Notes under the pieces: generated by a model
What the model was told of the DNA's origin: nothing
Databases searched by the model: none
Seen by the model: only the letters and a program-made list of their open reading frames with translations
Shown: in pieces, positions 1 to 9,506 of the stretch
Numbering within the stretch: position 1 is the first letter of the stretch
Layout: the number at the start of each line of letters is the position of its first letter
DNA from: an uncultured bacterium
GTDB taxonomy: Bacteria > SAR324 > NAC60-12
Length of the DNA stretch: 48,837 nt
Assembly (NCBI GenBank): GCA_965662235.1
Contig: CBFIGY010000021.1
Location: 1-48,837, forward strand
Reading direction: 5' to 3'
Program-made: the position numbers and the translations under genes

Positions 1-274
1 CCTGGAGGCGCTCTGCCATCTCATGCCAGTGATCCCACTCGAGGACGGCGCCGAAGTGCCGGACGGGGACCGATTTGCCGTCCACGCCATTGGCCTGCAC
101 CCGCTGCGTCTCCTCGGGCTTCACATGAGCAGAGATCTGATGCCCAAAGAAGTTGAGGTCGATCCAAAGCTCGGCGCTGCGGCCCACGGTGCAACCGAGG
201 ACGTCCACGTAGAACTGACGGGTGGCTTCAAGGTCACGGACCGGAAAGGCTAGGTGAAACGGGGGCTGGTTCAT
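1..274 (-). CDS. VOC (glyoxalase/bleomycin resistance/extradiol dioxygenase) family protein, 3' end runs off the window
   Basis: Not in the ORF track because there is no stop in the window. Manual translation from ATG at 274: [50 protein letters not shown]...[12 protein letters not shown]. The HLAFPV-DL...FY...LG pattern is typical of VOC proteins. The start overlaps the greA stop (ATGA). Confidence 0.85.
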   Translation of the reverse strand, partial: MNQPPFHLAFPVRDLEATRQFYVDVLGCTVGRSAELWIDLNFFGHQISAHVKPEETQRVQANGVDGKSVPVRHFGAVLEWDHWHEMAERLQ

Positions 275-747
275 ACAAACTCCACTTCCAAAACTTCCAC
301 TTCCATCTTCCCCTTCGGGATGGGAATGACAACGGTGTCGCCCACCTTCTTGCCAATCAACGCCCGAGCAATGGGGGAGCCCACAGAGATCTTGCCCTGC
401 TCCAGATTGGCCTCATCTTCCCCGACAATCTGATACTGGCGCTCTTCCTCGGTGTCCACGTCCACAAAGCTGACGGTGGCGCCAAAGATGACCTTCTCTC
501 CGGAGAGGGAAGACACGTCAATGACCTGGGCCCGGGCCAGCTTGCCGTTCAGTTCCTGAATGCGTCCCTCAATGAATCCCTGCTGCTCCTTGGCCGCGTG
601 GTACTCTGCATTTTCCTTCAAATCTCCGTGCTCTCGGGCCTCGGCAATGGCTTGCACCACAGCAGGGCGTTCTACAGCGGTCAGGTGCTTGAGTTCCGCT
701 TTCAGGCTTTCGTAGCCGGCTTTCGTCATTGGAAACGAGTCACTCAT
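271..747 (-). CDS. greA: Transcription elongation factor GreA
   Basis: Motifs [20 protein letters not shown] and [14 protein letters not shown]; 158 aa from ATG at 747. Confidence 0.97.
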   Translation of the reverse strand: MSDSFPMTKAGYESLKAELKHLTAVERPAVVQAIAEAREHGDLKENAEYHAAKEQQGFIEGRIQELNGKLARAQVIDVSSLSGEKVIFGATVSFVDVDTEEERQYQIVGEDEANLEQGKISVGSPIARALIGKKVGDTVVIPIPKGKMEVEVLEVEFV

Positions 748-758
748 AAACAAACCGT

Positions 759-788
759 ATTGTAAGGGTGCAAAGGTTCAAAAGTCTA
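759..788 (-). promoter_or_regulatory. Putative sigma70 promoter of greA (TAGACT-18-TACAAT)
   Basis: Minus strand reads TAGACT (788-783), an 18-nt spacer, then TACAAT (764-759), 11 nt before the ATG. Confidence 0.5.
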
Positions 789-847
789 AAGAGCTGGTCC
801 TGAAAACGCAAGGGCTCCCGGGCCACCCGGTTGAGCTGACAGAGGAC

Positions 848-1507
848 TCAGGAACCCGGCCTTGCAGGAAGCGAGAGGTGCAGGACCGGACCTCCGGCCG
901 CTGCCGCGTCTTCCGGATCGTGGGTGACCATCAGCACCGGAAGCGCCCGGGCCGCTGCGTGCGCGAACACGAATTCCCGAAACCGCGCCCGGAGGGCCTG
1001 GTCGAGTTTGGAAAAAGGCTCATCCAGCAGCAAGGCCTGTGGCTCCGCCAGCAGGGTCCGCATCAGGGAAACCCGGGCCCGTTGTCCTCCGGAAAGCGTG
1101 GCTGGATCCTGCTGAGCCGCCTCCGGAAGCTCGATCTGCGCCAAAGCCTCCTGCACCTTCTGCTGCCGGGCCTTGCCCTTCACGGAGCGGGGGAGGCCAA
1201 AGGCCAGGTTTTCCCCAACGCTCAGGTGCGGAAAGAGCAGGTCCTCCTGAAACAGAATCCCCACCCGCCGCGCTTCTGGAGGCAGGGGGTTCAGAAGCCG
1301 TCCCTGGAGCTGAATGGTCCCGGAAAGCGTGAACGCGGCGGGCAGGGTTCCACAGAGGGCCGCCAGCAGCGTGGACTTTCCTGATCCGCTGGGCCCCATT
1401 AAGGTAACGGGTGCCTCCGGGGGAATGCGACAGGTCAGCGGCGGCACCAGCACGCGTTCCGGGGCATCGCGCCAACGGAGGGTCAGCTGCTCCAACTCCA
1501 GGGTCAT
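848..1507 (-). CDS. ynjD: ABC transporter ATP-binding protein, YnjD-like
   Basis: Walker A GPSGSGKS, signature LSGGQ, Walker B LLLDEPF, H-loop VTHD. Start at 1507 chosen from the ATGA overlap with the upstream permease. Confidence 0.88.
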   Translation of the reverse strand: MTLELEQLTLRWRDAPERVLVPPLTCRIPPEAPVTLMGPSGSGKSTLLAALCGTLPAAFTLSGTIQLQGRLLNPLPPEARRVGILFQEDLLFPHLSVGENLAFGLPRSVKGKARQQKVQEALAQIELPEAAQQDPATLSGGQRARVSLMRTLLAEPQALLLDEPFSKLDQALRARFREFVFAHAAARALPVLMVTHDPEDAAAAGGPVLHLSLPARPGS

Positions 1508-3192
1508 GCGGCAAGTCCTCTGCGGTTTTGCAGCCACCACCGGCTGAGGCCCAGCGCCCCTGCGAGTCCCAGTAAGGGAAGCAACGCCTGGACCAAGGCG
1601 TACCCCCCGATGACGCGCAGATTAGCCCCGGCAGCACGGCTGACGGCCTCGGTGGTGAGGGTGTGAACCCGTCCGGCTCCGGCAAACAGCGTGGGGAGGT
1701 ACAGGGCGACGCTGACAGAAAATCCCAGGGCACAGGCGATGAGGATCGGCCGGAACAGCATTGGCACCTTGACGCGCCAAAAGACCTGAGCCCGGCTCAG
1801 CCCAAGGCACCGGGCGATGATCAGGTAGCGGGGTTCCAGCTGCCGCCAGGCTTCAGAAAGTGAGAGAAAGAGGTAAGGAACAACAAACAGTAGGTGGCTC
1901 CAGAGCACCAGTCCCCAGGTGCCATCGAGGCGCCAACGGACCGCAAGCGTCTGGATGCCGAGCAGAAAGACAGGTTGTGGAATCAGCAGCGGCAGGTAGA
2001 GCCCCACCAGGCCTGGGTGAGAGATCTCGGAACGTCCAGAGCCGGCCAGGAATTCCAGGGTCCCGAGCGAAAGCACCAGCGCCAGTACCGTGGCGACCCC
2101 TCCGAGCAAAAGCGTTTCCCCAGCCAACTCGCTGACGCCACTGAGGTGCCGTTCCCAAAACCGGAGGCTCCACTGGCTGGGAAGCGGATGAGGCCAGCTC
2201 CAGCGTCGGGCAAACGAGTGCAGGGCCAGCGCAAGGACTGCCAGTCCGGAGACGATCAGGAGTCCGTTGCCGAGCAACAGCGCCGGGGCGGCTGAGGAGC
2301 GTGTCACCGGCTGAGGCCCTCGGGTCATCCACCCCCGGAACCTCTGCAGCAGGAGCCACTCGAGTCCCCAGAGTCCAGCCGCCGCGAGGAGCGTCAAGGC
2401 GAGCAGCAGCAGACCACAAGCCGCGGCGACCCGTCGCAGGTTCAGGTCCGGAGCCTCGAGAAAACGCATCAGCAGGACTGCAAGGGGCGGTGGGGTTCCG
2501 GGACCGAGGATGAGGGCCATGTCGACGCTGGAAATGGAGTAGGCGAGCACAGCGCCAAGGGGCAGGTGCAGGCGGGGCAACAGCTGCGGCACCACGGCCC
2601 GCCACCAGCTACTGAGGGGCGAATGCCCCAGAGCCGTGGCCACCTGGAGGGTCGCGGACGCCCGGACCTGTGGCAAGGCGGCAAGGGCCATCAGGAGGAG
2701 GTACGGTGTTTCCTTCAGCGTCAGCCCAAGGAGCAGGCTCAGTCCCCACGGGTCCCCCACGGTCACCCAACCTGGAGGCGTGGTCCAGTTCAGCAGAGCA
2801 CCTAGGCTCCGGGCAATCCAGCCTCCGGGAGCGACCAGAAACGCGAGTCCGAACGCAAGGGCCGCATGGGGCAACGCCAGCAGCGCTGTTAGGCCACGGG
2901 CGAGTCGCTGGAGCCAAGGCGTGTGCCAGCTGGCGCCAATGAGGCTGAGGGCGAGTACAAGGGAGAGGAGGGTTGAGCCGACTCCCGTCAGCAACGACAG
3001 CGCCAGTGCCGGCAACACGCCCGGTTGCTGAAACAGCTCAGCAAAGATGTGCAGGCCCCAGGTGGTGTGTCCCAGTGCCGGGAGGTACCCGAAGGCCGGC
3101 AGCAGCGTTCCCATTAGGCCGGCCAGGATGGGCAGCAGTAACCCGACCAGCAGGATTCCGGGAAAGCCTGCCAGCAGAGACGGACGCGTCAC
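1504..3192 (-). CDS. ynjC: ABC transporter permease with two fused membrane domains, YnjC-like
   Basis: Very hydrophobic ~560 aa protein with two permease halves (KETPYLL...ATALG and VVPYLFL...ARCLG). GTG start at 3192 overlaps the binding-protein stop. Confidence 0.85.
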   Translation of the reverse strand: MTRPSLLAGFPGILLVGLLLPILAGLMGTLLPAFGYLPALGHTTWGLHIFAELFQQPGVLPALALSLLTGVGSTLLSLVLALSLIGASWHTPWLQRLARGLTALLALPHAALAFGLAFLVAPGGWIARSLGALLNWTTPPGWVTVGDPWGLSLLLGLTLKETPYLLLMALAALPQVRASATLQVATALGHSPLSSWWRAVVPQLLPRLHLPLGAVLAYSISSVDMALILGPGTPPPLAVLLMRFLEAPDLNLRRVAAACGLLLLALTLLAAAGLWGLEWLLLQRFRGWMTRGPQPVTRSSAAPALLLGNGLLIVSGLAVLALALHSFARRWSWPHPLPSQWSLRFWERHLSGVSELAGETLLLGGVATVLALVLSLGTLEFLAGSGRSEISHPGLVGLYLPLLIPQPVFLLGIQTLAVRWRLDGTWGLVLWSHLLFVVPYLFLSLSEAWRQLEPRYLIIARCLGLSRAQVFWRVKVPMLFRPILIACALGFSVSVALYLPTLFAGAGRVHTLTTEAVSRAAGANLRVIGGYALVQALLPLLGLAGALGLSRWWLQNRRGLAA

Positions 3193-4409
3193 TGCCCGTA
3201 ACGCTTCAGCCATTCGGCGTCAATGCGGTTCTTCCAGTCCGGATGAGGGTTCGGCAGCACCGTTCCCAGCTCTTCTGGAGAAAGGGTCGCAACGCCACGG
3301 GGGAGGGCGTCAAAACGAGCCTGATCGGCAGGAGTCAGCTTCTTGAGGTCGAGAACGGTGCCGTCCCCCCAAACGCGGGGATCCTGTTTCTGAGCCTGAG
3401 CTTCTGGAGAGAGGAGGAAGTTGGCCACCACCCGAGCGCCTTCGGTTGCCGACGAGTTGAAGGGAATGGCGACAAAGTGCGTGTTGCCGATGGTGCCGTT
3501 GCGGAGGACAAAGGTCCGGGCGCTTTCAGGAAGGGACCCGTTGGCGATTGCGGCAGACGTGTCCGCCGGATTGAAGGAAAGGCTGATGTCCAGCTCGCCG
3601 TTGTCGAGCATCTGCCGCTGCTGGGCGTTGTTGGCAGGGAAGTCCGTGCCGTTTCGCCAGAGCACCGGGTGCAGCTCTTCGAGGAAGGTCCAGAGCGGCG
3701 CGGTGACCTGTGTGAACTGCGCCTCTGAACGCACCGGTTGCCGGAGCACCGCAGGATCCGGAGTCAGCTCCAGGAGCGCTTGCAGCAGAAACGTGGACCC
3801 AAGGAAATCAGAAACGTGCGGGTAGCTCAGGCGCCCGGGATGCTGCTGAGCCCAGGCCTTCAGTCCGGAAAGAGTCGCAGGGGGCGTGGTTAGCCGAGCA
3901 GAGTCGTAGACCAGGTTGAACTGGGCCATTCCCCACGGGGCTTCCAGGCCTTCGACGGGAACATGGAAGTCGAGGACGGTGGTGGGCTTTCCGGCAACGT
4001 CCACTAGGGCAAAGTTAGGAAGGTCCTCGACAAAGGGGCCATAGAGCAGGCCATTTTCCTTCATCGTCGCAAAGTTCTCTCCGTTGATCCAGATGAGGTC
4101 CACGGACCCGCCTGAGGTGCGTCCGGCGGTCTTTTCTGCCAAAATCCGAGAAACCGCGTCAGTGGTGTTGGCGAGCTTGACGTGTTCCAGAGTCACGTCA
4201 AACCGCTCCTCCACCTGCTCCGCGACCCACTCGAGGTAGGTGTTGATTTCCTCTGAGCCCCCCCAGGCATTGAAGTACACGGTTTGGCCCTGAGCGGCTT
4301 GTTGCACCTCCGGCCACGCGGCCTGCAGGAGGGACGTGTTCAGCAGCAGGCTCAGGAACAGGGCAAGGCTCCATCGTTTTCCACAGAGGAGGCGGGTTGA
4401 ATTCAGCAT
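3189..4409 (-). CDS. ynjB: ABC transporter substrate-binding protein, YnjB-like
   Basis: Signal peptide, then GQTVYFNAWGGS, VDLIWINGENF, PWGMAQF and GTIGNTHFVAIPFN, which are characteristic of the YnjB family. Start uncertain (4409 chosen). Confidence 0.85.
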   Translation of the reverse strand: MLNSTRLLCGKRWSLALFLSLLLNTSLLQAAWPEVQQAAQGQTVYFNAWGGSEEINTYLEWVAEQVEERFDVTLEHVKLANTTDAVSRILAEKTAGRTSGGSVDLIWINGENFATMKENGLLYGPFVEDLPNFALVDVAGKPTTVLDFHVPVEGLEAPWGMAQFNLVYDSARLTTPPATLSGLKAWAQQHPGRLSYPHVSDFLGSTFLLQALLELTPDPAVLRQPVRSEAQFTQVTAPLWTFLEELHPVLWRNGTDFPANNAQQRQMLDNGELDISLSFNPADTSAAIANGSLPESARTFVLRNGTIGNTHFVAIPFNSSATEGARVVANFLLSPEAQAQKQDPRVWGDGTVLDLKKLTPADQARFDALPRGVATLSPEELGTVLPNPHPDWKNRIDAEWLKRYGQ

Positions 4410-4771
4410 CCGCAGGCATGGGAAAGGGTTCCAGGTAGGAGGGGCGGCCCTCATTTCAAACGCATGTCAATACGATGGCACTCCCTTCAGGAACTGCAAG
4501 GCAAGCCAGCGTGTATCGGTGGGCCGCCAGGGTTCGACTCCGCTCCACCACTGCTCAATTGCTCGTGAGTTCCCTGTCCCCGTTCCCCGAACGAAGCCGA
4601 AGGACGACCCTGCACGACCGGTTCTGAACCTGCTCCGCCACTGGGGTTTACTGGAAATAAAAAATTTAGTTTTAATATTATGTAAAATAAAAAAACATCA
4701 ACCTCATCAGGTAGCCCCCCCAAACAGGCCGGTCAGGAAAACAAAGACCAAGCCTCCGGAGCTTGAACCAC

Positions 4772-6124
4772 TCAGAGGGCTCCGCTCCAGAGCTGCAACC
4801 CGAATCCGGCAAGGGCGCACCCGCTGAGAACGGGAACAACTCCCGCCTGAAAGCGGTAGAGGGCCAGAAAGGCCAGCAGACCCAAAATCAAGGAGGGGCC
4901 TTCCACGTCACCAGCGAATCCTTCTGGCCAGAAGACGTGGTAACTGAAGAAGACCGCGAGGTTGACCATCACCCCTACGACAGCGGCGGTGATGCCCGTC
5001 AGGGGACCCCTGAGCTGGAGATCCTGACGGGTTGATTCGACAAAAGGACCTCCGAGCAGAATCAGTAAAAATGACGGAAGGAAGGTGAAGAAGGTGGCCA
5101 CGCTGGCACCGGCGACGCCGGCAAGGAGGAGCCACTCTGGACCCAAGGCCGCCTGGGTCCATCCACCGACAAAGCCCACAAAGGTGACGATCATGATCAA
5201 GGGGCCCGGAGTGGTTTCCCCCAGCGCCAGGCCGTCCATCATCTGTGCCGTGCTCAGCCACCCGTAGGCCTCCACTCCCCCCTGCTGGACATAAGGGAGC
5301 ACAGCGTAAGCGCCCCCAAACGTCATCAACGCGGCCTTGCTGAAGAACCACCCCATCTGCGCAAACGGATGCTCGGAGCCGTAGATTCCCAACAGAATTC
5401 CCAGGCTTCCTCCCCAAAGGCTGAGGCCGATGAGGGTCCAACGCAGGAACCGTTTGGGCTGAAACTGGAGGGCTTCTGGAATGGGGGTCGTGTCATCAAT
5501 CCAGGCTGGAGTGGCATGGGAAGCTGCCCCGGGCGGGACGGGAGGGCGTTGGAATTGCTCCGGAAGCAACCGGGCCCCCAGGAAGCCCAGCACGCCAGCT
5601 GTGAAAATCAGGAGCGGAAAGGGCACCGCAAAGAAAAACAGCCCGACAAAGGCTCCGAAAGCCAAGGCTTTGAGGAAGGTGCTGGTGAGCACCCGGGTGC
5701 CCAATCGGTAGGCGGCTGCTCCAACCAGAGCGGTCACCGCAGGCTTGAGGCCGTACAGAAAACCCTCCACTGCAGGAAGGTTGCCCCACGTCAGGTAGAT
5801 TCCGGTGAGGAGCATCAGTAGAAAAAAGGAGGGGAGAACAAACAAAAGCCCTGCTGCCAGTCCACCCCAGAAACCGTGCAGGAGCCACCCGAGGTACGTG
5901 GCAAGTTGCTGAGCCTCCGGACCCGGCAGGAGCATGGTGTAGTTGAGGGCATGGAGGAAGCGGTTTTCGGAAATCCAGCGCCGCCGCTCCACCAGCTCAT
6001 CGTGCATCAGGCCAATTTGCCCAGCAGGGCCTCCGAAGCTGATGAAGCCCAGCTTGAGCCAGTACCGAAGGGCCGTGCTCAGTGGAACGGGGGGAACAGG
6101 CTCATGAGGGGAAGGGGCAGGCAT
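4772..6124 (-). CDS. chrA: Chromate efflux transporter family protein (long-chain CHR)
   Basis: Two homologous halves with SFGGPAGQI / TFGGAYAVL and LPGPEAQQ / TPGPLIM motifs. Start at MPAPS (6124) is a best guess. Confidence 0.92.
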   Translation of the reverse strand: MPAPSPHEPVPPVPLSTALRYWLKLGFISFGGPAGQIGLMHDELVERRRWISENRFLHALNYTMLLPGPEAQQLATYLGWLLHGFWGGLAAGLLFVLPSFFLLMLLTGIYLTWGNLPAVEGFLYGLKPAVTALVGAAAYRLGTRVLTSTFLKALAFGAFVGLFFFAVPFPLLIFTAGVLGFLGARLLPEQFQRPPVPPGAASHATPAWIDDTTPIPEALQFQPKRFLRWTLIGLSLWGGSLGILLGIYGSEHPFAQMGWFFSKAALMTFGGAYAVLPYVQQGGVEAYGWLSTAQMMDGLALGETTPGPLIMIVTFVGFVGGWTQAALGPEWLLLAGVAGASVATFFTFLPSFLLILLGGPFVESTRQDLQLRGPLTGITAAVVGVMVNLAVFFSYHVFWPEGFAGDVEGPSLILGLLAFLALYRFQAGVVPVLSGCALAGFGLQLWSGAL

Positions 6125-6280
6125 GAGAGAGTCGGCAGCAGGCGGGTGGAACCGATCAAGAAGGCGCCCAGGGACCTCCGGACGATACACTTTTTCACCA
6201 GAAAGGTAGCATGGAAAGCGTCCGGGTTGCCTTAGAATACGGTTAGGACGTCTGCATCAAGGAAAAAGGAGCACAGGGCA

Positions 6281-7723
6281 ATGAGCCGATACGACTACAA
6301 CCTAGTGGCCATTGGGGCGGGGGCCGGAGGACTGGTGACTTCACTGATTGGAGCAAAGGTCGGGGCTCGGGTGGCCTTGATTGAGAAGCACCTCATGGGC
6401 GGCGACTGCCTGAACACCGGATGTGTCCCCAGCAAGACCCTCTTGGCAAGTGCGAAGGTCGCGCACCTGTTCCGGAATGCCGAACGCTTTGGCCTCCGTG
6501 GTTCCGTGGAGGTGGACTTTGCTCGTGTCATGGAGCAGGTTCAGGAAGCCATTGCGCGCATTGCCCCGAATGACAGCGTGGAGCGCTTCACGTCACTGGG
6601 GGTGGAGTGCCTGAGCGGCGCAGCGCGGGTACGGTCTCCGCATGAGGTCGAGGTCAACGGCAGGGTGCTGACCACCCGCGCCATCGTGGTGGCGACAGGC
6701 GCCCGTCCCCGGATTCCGGACCTTCCGGGGCTTTCGGAATGTGCCTACTCGCACTCGGAGACGATCTGGAACCTGCGGACCCTGCCACGCCGTTTGGGCG
6801 TGATTGGAGGAGGTCCGATTGGTTGCGAGCTGGCCCAGGCCTTCTCACGACTGGGGGCTGAGGTGGTGGTGCTCAATGCTGCAGCACGACTGCTCCCTCG
6901 TGAAGATGAAGAGGTCAGCCTGCTGGTGCAGGAACAGTTTGCGGCAGAAGGCATCCGGGTGCTCAACCACGTTTCCTTTGAAGAGGCGCAGGCGTTGGGG
7001 ACCCAGACTCGCCTGCGCTTCCGCGAGCCCGGAACCCCAGAACTGCAGTCCCTAGAAGTGGACCACCTGCTCCTTGCCTGTGGACGGCAGGCCAACACCA
7101 CCGGACTCGGCCTTGAGGAACTCGGGGTGGTGTTCAATGCAGACGGGACCCTGCAGGTGGATGCGACCCTGCGTTCCAGTGTGCCGAGCCTCTACGCCTG
7201 TGGAGACGTTGCCGGCCCGTATCAGTTTACCCATGTCGCCGGACACCAGGCCTGGTATGCCGCAGTCAATGCCCTCTTCTCGCCGCTGAAGTCGTTTCGG
7301 GTGGACTACCGGGCCGTTCCCTGGTGCACCTACACCGACCCCGAGGTGGCCCGGGTGGGACTGAACGAACAGGAGGCCCGGGAGCAGAACATCGACGTCG
7401 AAGTGACACGTCTGGATCTGGCGGAACTCGACCGGGCTGTAACGGATCGGGTGGATCAGGGGATGATCAAGATCCTCACTCCTCCGGGAAAGGATCGGTT
7501 GCTGGGGGTGACTGTGGTGGGCGCTCATGCCGGGGAACTGCTGGCAGAGTATGGGCTGGCGATGAAGCATGGGCTGGGGCTGAACCAGATCCTCGGAACC
7601 CTCCACGCCTACCCGACCCTGGCCGAGTCCAGCAAACTGGCCGCAGGGAAGTGGCGCCAGCGTCATGTCCCGTCCTGGCTCCTGGGACTGCTGGGCGCGT
7701 TTCACACGTGGCGTCGCCGTTAA
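6281..7723 (+). CDS. FAD-dependent pyridine nucleotide-disulfide oxidoreductase (dihydrolipoamide dehydrogenase / mercuric reductase family)
   Basis: GAGAGG FAD motif, redox dithiol GGDCLNTGCVPSK, GGGPIG NAD motif, C-terminal HAYPTLAE. SD AAGGAG upstream. No MerA C-terminal Cys-Cys. Confidence 0.9.
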   Translation: MSRYDYNLVAIGAGAGGLVTSLIGAKVGARVALIEKHLMGGDCLNTGCVPSKTLLASAKVAHLFRNAERFGLRGSVEVDFARVMEQVQEAIARIAPNDSVERFTSLGVECLSGAARVRSPHEVEVNGRVLTTRAIVVATGARPRIPDLPGLSECAYSHSETIWNLRTLPRRLGVIGGGPIGCELAQAFSRLGAEVVVLNAAARLLPREDEEVSLLVQEQFAAEGIRVLNHVSFEEAQALGTQTRLRFREPGTPELQSLEVDHLLLACGRQANTTGLGLEELGVVFNADGTLQVDATLRSSVPSLYACGDVAGPYQFTHVAGHQAWYAAVNALFSPLKSFRVDYRAVPWCTYTDPEVARVGLNEQEAREQNIDVEVTRLDLAELDRAVTDRVDQGMIKILTPPGKDRLLGVTVVGAHAGELLAEYGLAMKHGLGLNQILGTLHAYPTLAESSKLAAGKWRQRHVPSWLLGLLGAFHTWRRR

Positions 7724-7741
7724 CCTTCTGGACCCGGAACC

Positions 7742-8437
7742 ATGTCTGCTTCTCTGATTCGCCGTCTGCTGCTGCTTGGAGGCATTGCGGCGGCCTTTAC
7801 CGCATTCTTTGTGTGGGACCTGCAGCAGTGGCTGACGCTCGAGGCTCTGCAGCGTTCCCGAATGGAGCTGCTGGAGTGGCAGCAGGTGCATCCGTGGCAG
7901 AGCGCAGCCGCGTACTTTGGCCTGTACACCGTTGCCACGGCGTTCTCGTTTCCGGGCGCGGTCATCCTCACTCTGGCGGGCGGAGCGCTGTTTGGATTGG
8001 GGTGGGGGCTGTTGCTGGTTTCCTTTGCAAGCAGCCTGGGCGCAACCCTGGCCATGCTCAGCGCCCGCTTTCTGCTCCGGGACTGGGTGCAGCAGCAGTG
8101 GTCGGCTTCACTGGTCCGTTTCAACGAGGGCATGGCGCGTGAGGGAGGCTTCTACCTGTTCACCCTCCGGCTGGTTCCGGCCTTTCCGTTTTTCCTCATC
8201 AATTTGGGAATGGGACTGACCGCGATCCCAGTCCGGACCTTCTACTGGGTCAGTCAGGTGGGCATGCTCCCCGGAACCGTGGTGTACGTGAACGCTGGGG
8301 CGGAACTGGGCAAGCTGGAGACGCTCTCTGATGTCATGTCGCTGCCCCTGATGGGCGCCTTTGTCCTTCTGGGGATCTTTCCGTGGCTGGTCCGACGTGG
8401 GGTGCAGTGGTGGCGCAACCGTTCCCGGAAGGTGTGA
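7742..8437 (+). CDS. TVP38/TMEM64 (DedA superfamily, SNARE-associated) membrane protein
   Basis: Motifs FPGAVILTLAGGALFG, LRLVPAFPFFLIN and SQVGMLPGT; YdjX-like. Confidence 0.9.
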   Translation: MSASLIRRLLLLGGIAAAFTAFFVWDLQQWLTLEALQRSRMELLEWQQVHPWQSAAAYFGLYTVATAFSFPGAVILTLAGGALFGLGWGLLLVSFASSLGATLAMLSARFLLRDWVQQQWSASLVRFNEGMAREGGFYLFTLRLVPAFPFFLINLGMGLTAIPVRTFYWVSQVGMLPGTVVYVNAGAELGKLETLSDVMSLPLMGAFVLLGIFPWLVRRGVQWWRNRSRKV

Positions 8438-8608
8438 GGGAAGGAGCGTGGTGGGCGTTCGTGGGAGGAGCGTCGGGGCGTCTGAGAAAAAGACGAGGCA
8501 CCGCAACTGATGCTGGTGCTTGACCTCAGGGGGGGTATCATAACGGGACATCGATCTGATCAACCGTTACGTGAGGAGCAGGGAAGCCTTCCCTGAGGAA
8601 AATAGCCG

Positions 8609-9502
8609 ATGAAGAGTGAGTTCAGTGAGTTGGTCCAGGATCTGCGGACGTGGGCCTTTTGGAACATCATTGGGATGATGCTGCTGGGGTGCACACTGGT
8701 GAGCGCCATTGTGAACGCCATCTTGCTGCCCCAAAACTTCTTTGCCGGAGGCGCAACCGGCGTGGCGCTGCTGATCAACGCGGTGACGTCGGAAATCTCC
8801 CTGGGGTGGCTCTACACCCTCATCAACATCCCGATCTTCATCATCGGGTACCGGGAGTTTTCGCTCCGGTACATCGTGATCAGCTCCTTGGGCATGCTGA
8901 TCTACTCGGTGACCCTGGAGTGGGTGCACGTGCCGATTGAGACTAAGGACCCGCTACTGGCTGCCATTTTGGGGGGTGTGCTCAGTGGCGTGGGGTCCGG
9001 ACTCTATCTGCGCGTCGGCGGGTCGTTGGGGGGAATGGACATTTTGGGGACAGTGCTGAAGAAGCGTTTTGCGATTCCGATCGGCACCACCTTCAACCTG
9101 GTGAACCTGCTCATCATTGTCACCAACGCCGTCCTGTACAACCTCGACATTGCCCTCTACACGGGCATCTACATGTACGTGTTTTCCTGGACAATGCAGC
9201 GCGTTCTGACCGGATTCTCTCAGCGGAAGTCGGTGTTCATCATCACAGAGAAGCCCGAGGAAGTGCTGGAGCAGGCCATCCGCAAGATCGACCGGGGCGC
9301 CACCTTTTTCCTTGCGGAAGGCACCCACTCCCACGTCCAGAAACGGGTCATCTACACCGTCATCAACCTGCTTGAGCTGGGGCGCTTGAAGCAGTACCTC
9401 TTTGAAACAGACCCGAATGCCTTTGTGGTGGTCAATGACACCGCAGAGGTCATTGGGACGCGGTTCCTGACGTGGGAGGACGAAGGCTTCAGGCGTCGCT
9501 GA
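8609..9502 (+). CDS. YitT family membrane protein (DUF161 + DUF2179)
   Basis: Motifs GGATGVA, LINIP, GGSLGGMDI, RGAT and DPNAFVVV; SD GAGG upstream. Confidence 0.9.
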   Translation: MKSEFSELVQDLRTWAFWNIIGMMLLGCTLVSAIVNAILLPQNFFAGGATGVALLINAVTSEISLGWLYTLINIPIFIIGYREFSLRYIVISSLGMLIYSVTLEWVHVPIETKDPLLAAILGGVLSGVGSGLYLRVGGSLGGMDILGTVLKKRFAIPIGTTFNLVNLLIIVTNAVLYNLDIALYTGIYMYVFSWTMQRVLTGFSQRKSVFIITEKPEEVLEQAIRKIDRGATFFLAEGTHSHVQKRVIYTVINLLELGRLKQYLFETDPNAFVVVNDTAEVIGTRFLTWEDEGFRRR

Positions 9503-9506
9503 GGAG

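Noticed and set aside
23..253. 76-aa plus-strand ORF
   Set aside because: It is the antisense shadow of the VOC-family gene on the minus strand, which has recognisable motifs and a coupled start.
4465..4470. Perfect TTGACA on the minus strand upstream of ynjB
   Set aside because: No -10-like hexamer at 16-18 nt spacing (the sequence there is CCGCCC).
4480..4550. Complete tRNA or tmRNA gene; TPP riboswitch upstream of the ynj ABC operon
   Set aside because: Only a shortened T-loop/CCA-like fragment is present, with no pairing acceptor, D or anticodon arms. No TPP-riboswitch core motifs were seen in the spacer.
6281..7723. Mercuric reductase merA
   Set aside because: No C-terminal Cys-Cys pair, no NmerA domain and no merR/merT/merP neighbours.
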